Shown: positions 1 through 5,727 of the stretch, one piece after another
How positions within the stretch are numbered: the stretch's first letter is position 1
How the letters are laid out: every line of letters begins with the position of its first letter
Assembly (NCBI GenBank): GCA_001179505.1
Contig: CDMY01001018.1
Span: 1 to 6,097 of the forward strand
Length of the DNA stretch: 6,097 nt
Direction: 5' to 3'
Origin: Vitrella brassicaformis CCMP3155
Lineage: Eukaryota > Protista > Chromerida
Notes under the pieces: generated by a model
What the model was told of the DNA's origin: nothing
Database searches by the model: none
What the model saw: the letters and a program-made list of their open reading frames with translations, nothing else
Program-made: the position numbers and the translations under genes

Positions 1-829
1 CACACTCACCCAGCACCTCACCAAGACGCGACAATGGATACCAGGGCGGCTGAATGTCACCCAGGTGAGTCGCTATGCGTCTCGGGATGATGCCCAGGCT
101 CTTGCGGCCGAGTGTGAATGCTGCACCGCACGAACAAAGATGCCTTTTGTGTGGTCTGTGCAGGTTGACGCGCCCGCCGAGGACCAAATGCTGGCCAAAT
201 GGTGGCTCGACAGGAAGAGCACCGCACTTTTGGCAGTTTATTTCCTCTTCTGTCTCCCCCTCTTCCTCGGAGGGCTCATCAACATAGTGTTTGGCCAGAT
301 ACATTGGCAGCTTAGGCATGCGTCTCTCTCTGCATCGCGCAATACCTTCTTCGTGTATGTTTTGTGCATCAGGCCGTTTCGATTCGTTGAGTGGTGTATC
401 CACTTTAATTTGCTCGTTCGGCCTTTGCACTGGCATTGAGGCAGCTGGTTGCTGGTCTGCGAATTTCTCCTGCCCTTCCTGTGTGTTGTCTTTTGTCTGT
501 TTGACGACCTCAGGAATGACGGTGCGCAAGAATTCTCTTCTTTTCGACCTGACCAGCATGCGCTTCTGATCGATTAATGGGTGGTTCTGCAGATCTGATC
601 TGCCGTGTTCTTCTCCCTCAGCCCCCTCTGGACCTTGCAGCTGAGGAAGACGGAACAAATCGTCATATGACAGGTGCTCAAACAGACGCACATCACGTGA
701 CACCTTGAGCTTGTTGAGCTCAGGCAGATAGATCAGAAAACCATCCTTCATTCGTGTTTTGTATCCAACGAAGATACCTCTGTGCGCTTTTGGGTCGAAC
801 TTGCTTTCTCTGTTTTCTTTTGTAGACAT
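1..829 (-). CDS. pol: Pol continuation: retroviral SH3-like domain plus integrase-RT linker, partial (absent from the ORF track because it is open to the window edge)
   Basis: Manual translation shows no stop from 829 to 1. It reads (M)STKENRESKFDPKAHRGIFVGYKTRMKDGFLIYLPELNKLKVSRDVRLFE, matching Copia KLDPKAxxxIFVGY...SRDVxFxE. Later come RCRERRMPKLPMYLAKHYV (resembles the RxxRxxxPPxxLxDYV linker motif), an acidic tract and a Cys/His-rich module. No RT motifs are reached. Confidence 0.88.
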   Translation of the reverse strand, partial: MSTKENRESKFDPKAHRGIFVGYKTRMKDGFLIYLPELNKLKVSRDVRLFEHLSYDDLFRLPQLQGPEGAEGEEHGRSDLQNHPLIDQKRMLVRSKRREFLRTVIPEVVKQTKDNTQEGQEKFADQQPAASMPVQRPNEQIKVDTPLNESKRPDAQNIHEEGIARCRERRMPKLPMYLAKHYVDEPSEEEGETEEEINCQKCGALPVEPPFGQHLVLGGRVNLHRPHKRHLCSCGAAFTLGRKSLGIIPRRIATHLGDIQPPWYPLSRLGEVLGEC

Positions 830-974
830 ACGGAAGTCGTCCCCATGTGTGCAGCAGATGGTCAAGGTTACGCATGAAGCCCTTTCATTTGACGATCGGT
901 GGCTCATAGTCTTCGTTCGCTGCTGTTGGTCTCAATGCGTGCAGGTGGGCGGCCGTCTGTAACGCAAACGCTCA
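822..974 (-). pseudogene. pol: Integrase C-terminal segment read through two TGA stops
   Basis: Manual translation gives F*AFALQTAAHLHALRPTAANEDYEPPIVK*KGFMRNLDHLLHTWGRLPYVY. This matches the Copia pattern FWAEAVxTAxYL...PxExWxG...HLxxWGCxAYV, with both stops at Trp positions. Confidence 0.85.
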
Positions 975-1775
975 GAAGGCAACATTGCGTATGTCCGCCT
1001 GCACCATGAGAGTGGCACCGATCTCACACAGTGTTCTATTCATTCGTTCAGCTACACCCATCTGCCACCAATTGCGTGGCGTGGACAGGTCTCTGTCGAT
1101 GCCCTCTCTTGCACACATGTAAGCAAACTCTCCTCCTACATACTCACCTGCGTTATCTGTTCTGAGTGTCTGTGGTTTGCCGACCTCTCTCAGATAACGC
1201 TTAAGTGCATTTGGTGCGTCTTTCTTCGACTTCATGCAGACGATGTGTGACCGTCTGCTGTAGTCGTCGACAAACACCATGTAGTATATGTAGGAGTAGA
1301 TCAGGCTTGGTGGCAAGGGGCCACCGATGTCTGAATGTACGTACTCGAGCTTTTTGGTTGCTCTGCGTGGTTCGCCTTGCCCTTTTGGCTGTGCGTATGC
1401 CTTGCCTATCTCGCAGGCATCACACAGCTGCTTTTTGCTTAAAGGTGGAAGCACGAAGCGAGGCAGCGCATGAGCATACCTTTCTTGCATGATACGCATA
1501 TACGAGCGACACGGATGACCTAGCTTATTGTGTGTCTCCCAGTAATTGCGTATCAGTTTGTCTGTATGAGTAGAGTGGAAGGCATCGTCATGCCCTCTCT
1601 TCAGGCCAGCTGCGTTCCTCTCATTGTTATTCGCTGTGCTGTTATTGTTTTGCCTGAATGCCCCCTCTGTCTTTGACAGTGAGGGTGAGCTGTCGGTGAG
1701 AGTGCTATCACTAGGTCTGCCCTTGGGACGAAGCACACACTCATCCACACATTCATCTGTATGTGTATGGTGCAT
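972..1775 (-). pseudogene. pol: Copia integrase (HHCC zinc-binding domain + rve core), interrupted pol segment
   Basis: HNKLGH (His codons 1532 and 1517) and CDAC (1424-1413) form the HHCC motif. The core has VHSDIGGP (Asp 1331), YYMVFVDDYSR, LRTDNAGEY (Asp 1157) and GVAERMNRTL (Glu 1049), with exactly 35 residues between the second D and E. The frame is open from 1811 and stops at TGA 974-972. Confidence 0.95.
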
Positions 1776-1999
1776 GCCTCTGTGGCGTGTCCATGGCTCA
1801 GTGAGGCCACATTACACACATTCAATTTGCGTGAGGGACCTCTGGACTTGTCAGCATGAAACCGAAAAAGATCATTCATTTCGATCATGTCTTGCTGATA
1901 CAGGGGCAACAGATCACTTGATGCAACCACAGCACATGCACATGGCTGCATCTGAGTGACCACATCGCTCTCTGCGTCCTTTCCCTTACACACACGCAT
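1601..1999 (-). pseudogene. In-frame continuation of gag-protease past the TAG (protease-integrase spacer); overlaps the integrase frame
   Basis: The sequence GAT TAG ATG CGT shows this ORF starting immediately after the TAG in the same frame. The integrase frame is open from 1811 downward, so a -1 shift somewhere in 1604-1811 would join them. No recognisable domain. Confidence 0.55.
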
Positions 2000-3823
2000 C
2001 TAATCCTTGCATGCATCGACCAAAAATTGGTTCTTGAACAAAGAATACAGCTGCATGGATCGATCATGTGTCAGACCAATCCAATATACAGCCCCATACT
2101 TCAAAAATGGATAGAGGAGCCCAGTCGCTTTCTCTTTGATGCAGCTCACTTCTCCTGCCTCTTCGAACTCAACGGCACACTTGCTGTCGGTCAGCTGACC
2201 GATCGACAGCAAGTTAACCGTGAGCTGAGGAACCAGAAGAGAATGAAGCAACTGGATGGTCTTCAGGCTCCCCGATGCAGTGCACAGAGTGACTTGGACC
2301 ACCCCCTCTGCCTTGATGGGCACCAGAGTGCCATCTGCTAGCTTGAGCACTCCTGGGCGGCCACTCACTGTGCACTCGTTCAACCTGATGAAAGGATCAG
2401 ACACACGGAACATGTGTTTTGTGGTTCCTGAGTCAAGCATGGCAGCCTCGCTATCAAGAACTGCCCCAGCCACATTCAGCTTCCATATAGCTGTGTGGCA
2501 TTGCTCAACCTCTTGAACCACATCAGAGGTTGTGGACGAGCGGATATCCACGACCACGTCAGAGTGGCCAGCTCTGATGAATCGTGGTGTCCGCGCACAC
2601 TCAGCACCTCTCCATTTCTCCTCCAGCACATCTAAGTGCACTACACGTGCTTTGTGCGCTGGGGCAGCTCCAGCCTCACACAGACAGGACAAGTCAGTCG
2701 TACTGCCGCCTGCCTGTGGTGGTTCTGAGGCCGACTGACTCCACTCATCTATCGCTTCGCTATCTTCCTGGCTTGTACGTACCTGTTTGCCCTTGCCGCC
2801 ACGTCGTCTTCGTCTCTTGCTTTTGCCTCCTCTGGCGGCCTGGCTGAAGGTCACCATCTTAGGCGACGTCTCATGCATCCGCACATCACCATCCTTGTCT
2901 CTTGCTGACTCTCGGGCGATACGAGCGAGCACACGGCATTGCTCGGTGGTGTGGTTGAACAGCGGACGGATCGGCCGCTGCGAACAGAGTTGACAGTACA
3001 GCTGCTGGCGCTGCTCTTGAGCCGCACCAGCCACCGGCAATGTGTGCACTGTCGATGACCCAACCGAGCTAGGCGAGCGAGACAATATGTTGCGCAGATC
3101 CGATGTGTCGGTTTGTCGCGTCAGCGTACCGTCACCCAAGTGTGCGATGACGAGCGACGACGACTGTTTCATCCGCGCATAGTTGAACTTGCCGCCACTG
3201 ATAAACACACGAACCAACTCACGACAGAAGGGATTATCTATGTGGCGCTTGAGGTCCTGCAGCATCCTTTGTGCTGTGTCCTCTCTGTCGTATTTTTTGT
3301 GACCGTGTGCTTGATTTGCAGTTTCTGCGAGTCTCTCCAAGTGGCCGAGGTTGTCGGGGAACCCCTGCCTCTCATCATAACTCCACGAGTTGAGACTCGC
3401 ATCTGCCTCCACACGTCTTTGCTCAATGCTCGCCTCGTATCTGGAACGCAGAGCCAACAGAGACAGGTATCCATCACTTTCCTTGCCAGCACTCACGACC
3501 GTTGCCTGACAGTCCTGGTGTTTCGTGGCCTCGAACAACCCTCTCCACAACACCCACTTCTCCTTCTCGAGGTTGTACTTCTGCCACTCGCCGAGGTCGT
3601 CGACGACTAGTCCGTGGTGGAGGACGTCATCGAGCGACTCGTGGAAGTACTTCTTCATGCCGTCGAGACCGGAGAAGGTCGACTTGAACCCATGGTACCA
3701 GATCTCGTAGTCCTTGGTGTTGCCGCTGAAGGGAGGTGGATGGGTAGCGAGCGATTCAGCCACCTTCTGCCAGTCGCTGTCGTGAGGCTCGGTGTCGAGC
3801 AGGTAGTGAAGATCAGGCTCCAT
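2000..3823 (-). CDS. gag: Copia Gag-protease polyprotein (~607 aa from the first ATG; the ORF track starts at GTG 3832)
   Basis: The N-terminus is Copia-gag-like (F-x-G-x3-Y-x2-W; DGYLSLLALRSRYE). It has a CX2CX10HX4C knuckle at 2995-2936 and a basic RGGKSKRRRRRGGKGK tract. The protease has AMLDSGTTKHMF (Asp codon 2434-2432) and the Copia motif LLVPQLTVNLLSIGQL. ATG 3823 is in GTCATGG context. The ORF ends at TAG 2002-2000. Confidence 0.92.
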   Translation of the reverse strand: MEPDLHYLLDTEPHDSDWQKVAESLATHPPPFSGNTKDYEIWYHGFKSTFSGLDGMKKYFHESLDDVLHHGLVVDDLGEWQKYNLEKEKWVLWRGLFEATKHQDCQATVVSAGKESDGYLSLLALRSRYEASIEQRRVEADASLNSWSYDERQGFPDNLGHLERLAETANQAHGHKKYDREDTAQRMLQDLKRHIDNPFCRELVRVFISGGKFNYARMKQSSSLVIAHLGDGTLTRQTDTSDLRNILSRSPSSVGSSTVHTLPVAGAAQEQRQQLYCQLCSQRPIRPLFNHTTEQCRVLARIARESARDKDGDVRMHETSPKMVTFSQAARGGKSKRRRRRGGKGKQVRTSQEDSEAIDEWSQSASEPPQAGGSTTDLSCLCEAGAAPAHKARVVHLDVLEEKWRGAECARTPRFIRAGHSDVVVDIRSSTTSDVVQEVEQCHTAIWKLNVAGAVLDSEAAMLDSGTTKHMFRVSDPFIRLNECTVSGRPGVLKLADGTLVPIKAEGVVQVTLCTASGSLKTIQLLHSLLVPQLTVNLLSIGQLTDSKCAVEFEEAGEVSCIKEKATGLLYPFLKYGAVYWIGLTHDRSMQLYSLFKNQFLVDACKD

Positions 3824-3878
3824 GACTGACACGGTGTCTCGTCACGGGAAGCACGTCAGACGACTCAACACACCTTCC

Positions 3879-3896
3879 GGTGGGCTCATATAACCA
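3879..3896 (-). other. Primer-binding site complementary to the anticodon arm of initiator tRNA-Met (half-tRNA type), with an extra AT
   Basis: Minus strand reads TGGTTATATGAGCCCACC, ~55 nt upstream of the gag ATG. Plus-strand GGTGGGCTCAT(AT)AACC matches the tRNA-iMet anticodon-arm sequence GGGCYCATAACC. Compare the Drosophila copia PBS GGTTATGGGCCC. Confidence 0.8.
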
Positions 3897-4521
3897 GTTG
3901 GAGATCACAGCGTAGCTGAGGTTGCGAGTAGAAGTGTGAGGAAGCCAAATCGGAGCATTCAGAGACAGAAGAGCGTCCGATAGCACGCATCAAAGCACGC
4001 ATCTTTGTGTCTCGTAGATCTGCGCCCGTGTAAGTTCTGCTCTAACTCGCCTTTCTGCCACTCCATCTGCCAATCTCTCGTGTCGGTCAGCTTCTCCGTG
4101 ACGCTCCTTGCTATACTACACTTTTTCTGGCATCGTTTCTTCCTCTTTCGATGTGCCGACATGAATTGTAGCTCGCATTCGCAAAGAGAGGGGCGCTGCT
4201 CCACGCACGCACGCGCGGCGCCATCAGGTAGCTGGGGTGGCGCGTGTGCGACGTTGTATGCCTGCTCGTATGTTGCCGTCCTTCGCAGCGCATTGCATAT
4301 CCACCTGTTTGCTGCATCTGCCCTTTGCGTGTTGCGTGTTGCGTGTCCGGGGTGCATGTTCGGGTGCGTGGTTCATGCTGGACAGACCGACAGGGGACTT
4401 GGCCGTCAGGCCGCCTAGGGTGCTCCCTGAAACCGCTGCAAAGAGAGGGGATTCCGTAGTTTTTCACCCTTGTTCGCCCTTCCGTCTGCCCATTTCGCTT
4501 GTCAATTGACCCTGCTCAACG
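3896..4521 (-). repeat. Probable 5' LTR (PBS-proximal end well placed, distal end ambiguous)
   Basis: Non-coding-looking DNA directly upstream of the PBS, ending ...GATCTCCAACT. Candidate starts on the minus strand are TGTAG at 4120, TGTCGG at 4161 or 4392, and CGTTGAG at 4521. The second LTR and TSD are outside the window. Confidence 0.5.
4325..4345 (+). repeat. (TTGCGTG)3 short tandem repeat
   Basis: Three exact 7-bp units read directly from the sequence. Confidence 0.9.
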
Positions 4522-4530
4522 TTCCCTCTC

Positions 4531-4536
4531 TATAAG
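4531..4536 (+). promoter_or_regulatory. Possible TATA-like element for the plus-strand gene
   Basis: TATAAG lies ~52 bp upstream of ATG 4588. Support is position only. Confidence 0.25.
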
Positions 4537-4587
4537 TCCGCTTGCCCACCCCCCTCGTTTCGTAGTTTGAGTTGACGACTGCCGGTG

Positions 4588-5070
4588 ATGGCGTGGGCGT
4601 TTAACGCCGTCCTTCCCTTCTTCGTGTTGGTGTCGGGGTCGACGATCGCCGTCATTCATCCCCTTTACCACAGCCGAAAGGTCAATCGCGACACCCCCGA
4701 TTTCCCAGCCGACGAGTGGGAGAAGGAGGTGAAGGGCATCATCATAGAAGCGATGTGGGCGGCGTTGCCTGAGGACGTGCGAAACGACACCAGCAGCAGC
4801 AAGGACAAGAAGAAGAAGCGGAAGAGCAACAAGGGCATAATGGCGGCACAGAACGACAAGTGCATCATCGACGGATGCGACAAGGGGGTGAAACCAGCGA
4901 ACAAGGTGTGTCGTGTCTGCCACAAAATGGTGTGCAGTCCGCACGGCAACGCTGACGAGTGGGAGGGCAACAAGGTGGTGCAGATGGTTTTGGACGTGTG
5001 CGACGACAACCACTGGTTGATGAGAGCCAAGTTCATCTGCGTCAAATGCATCCTGCCGAAGTTCATCCAG
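4588..5070 (+). CDS. Exon 1 of a two-exon gene for a hypothetical Cys/His zinc-finger protein (~206 aa)
   Basis: ATG at 4588 (GTG 4585, in-frame TGA upstream at 4573) with strongly G/C-ending codons. It encodes KDKKKKRKSNK and C-x4-C-x10-CxxC-x4-CxxH-x31-CxxC, and ends at the donor CAG|GTGCGG. An additional upstream exon cannot be excluded. Confidence 0.75.
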
Positions 5071-5150
5071 GTGCGGAGGCGAGAGGAGAAAGGGCATAAA
5101 ATGTGTCTGTGCATGTGTGCATGTGTGTGTGTGTGTGTGTGTGATGTCAG
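5071..5150 (+). other. 80-nt phase-0 spliceosomal intron
   Basis: GTGCGG...(TG)11...ATGTCAG with canonical GT-AG ends. Splicing removes the low-complexity CVCVCV tail of the track ORF and joins the exons in frame. Confidence 0.85.
5122..5143 (+). repeat. (TG)11 microsatellite inside the intron
   Basis: Read directly from the sequence. Confidence 0.95.
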
Positions 5151-5288
5151 AAGTTGAGCAGCAACCAGGGCAAGAACGCCGCCGACCACCGATGCCCTAT
5201 GGCCAAGGACATGAAGGACTTGATCGCCGAGTATGCTCCCCAGTACGCCGACAACAACAACGGAGGCGACCCCATGAACATCAAGTAA
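5151..5288 (+). CDS. Exon 2 (terminal) of the zinc-finger protein gene
   Basis: KLSSNQGKNAADHRCPMAKDMKDLIAEYAPQYADNNNGGDPMNIK*: 45 codons plus TAA, in frame with exon 1 and with the same high GC3. Confidence 0.82.
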   Translation, partial: KLSSNQGKNAADHRCPMAKDMKDLIAEYAPQYADNNNGGDPMNIK

Positions 5289-5345
5289 TGAGTTAGTGTG
5301 CCATAGTGTACAGGGAGGAAGGAGGGAAAGAGAGAGGGGCAGTAT

Positions 5346-5361
5346 GTCGGTCGGTCGGTCG
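5346..5361 (+). repeat. (GTCG)4 short tandem repeat in the 3' flank
   Basis: Read directly from the sequence. Confidence 0.85.
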
Positions 5362-5727
5362 CTCTGTATCTCTCGCTTGCGTATCTGTCCGTCCGTATGT
5401 ATTTGTGCATATCGCTTGCGTGTGTTGATAAATGATGTGCGTAATGTTGGGGGGGCAGGGACACACACACAAGTAGGGAGCGACGCACACACACGGGGAG
5501 GAACGCAGATACATACGTCACTTTTTGCCATCTGACGTCACTTTTGCTATCGTTGAATGAGTAAGCACCAGTTTTGACACGGACAGAAGCAACAGACGGA
5601 CGCATGCATTGAAAGTTAACGCACACACGCAACAGACGAACACGGTGGAAGTCAGAGTCGACACACACACTCACACCAGCAAGCATCCCACGCACAGCTA
5701 CGCATCAATTAGGCAACTGCTCACTGT

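Larger units (their letters stand above)
1..4521 (-). mobile_element. Ty1/Copia LTR retrotransposon, 5' portion, degenerate copy (RT/RNase H and 3' LTR lie beyond the left edge; right boundary uncertain, ~4120-4521)
   Basis: Minus-strand order is PBS, gag, Zn knuckle, aspartic protease (LDSGTTKHM), HHCC/DDE integrase, SH3-like domain. Integrase directly after protease with no RT between is the Copia arrangement. Three in-frame stops (2000-2002, 972-974, 885-887) and two frame changes break pol. Confidence 0.95.

Noticed and set aside
1-70. Perfect splice-donor-like motifs (minus G|GTGAGT at 9-4; plus CAG|GTGAGT at 62-70)
   Set aside because: No acceptor or exon context can be evaluated at the window edge, and such hexamers occur by chance.
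65-569. Plus-strand ORFs, including a hydrophobic env-like 124-aa ORF
   Set aside because: They are antisense to the purine-rich pol linker, whose complement gives Leu/Phe/Val-rich text. An env gene would lie 3' of pol on the same strand.
885-974. Alternative genetic code with UGA = Trp
   Set aside because: About 15 other Trp residues in the same element use TGG, and the TAG stop and two frameshifts would remain. Point mutation is more parsimonious.
3113-3829. Plus-strand ORFs of 165 aa and 71 aa as antisense genes
   Set aside because: They lie codon-for-codon opposite gag and are the expected antisense shadow of a high-GC3 frame, with no motifs.
3982-4450. CRISPR-like repeat-spacer array
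   Set aside because: There are only pairs of 10-13-bp repeats with no regular spacers, and the context is eukaryotic.
3959-4509. Several overlapping 70-137 aa ORFs in the LTR region
   Set aside because: They have no domains or codon bias, occur on both strands, and are expected by chance in GC-rich DNA.
5071-5157. Cys-rich C-terminus MCLCMCACVCVCVC of the 190-aa track ORF
   Set aside because: It is translated (TG)n intron sequence, not a metal-binding motif.
4516-5531. Minus-strand ORFs 4516-5097 and 4665-5531
   Set aside because: They are antisense shadows of the spliced plus-strand gene and run through microsatellites (HTHTHT).
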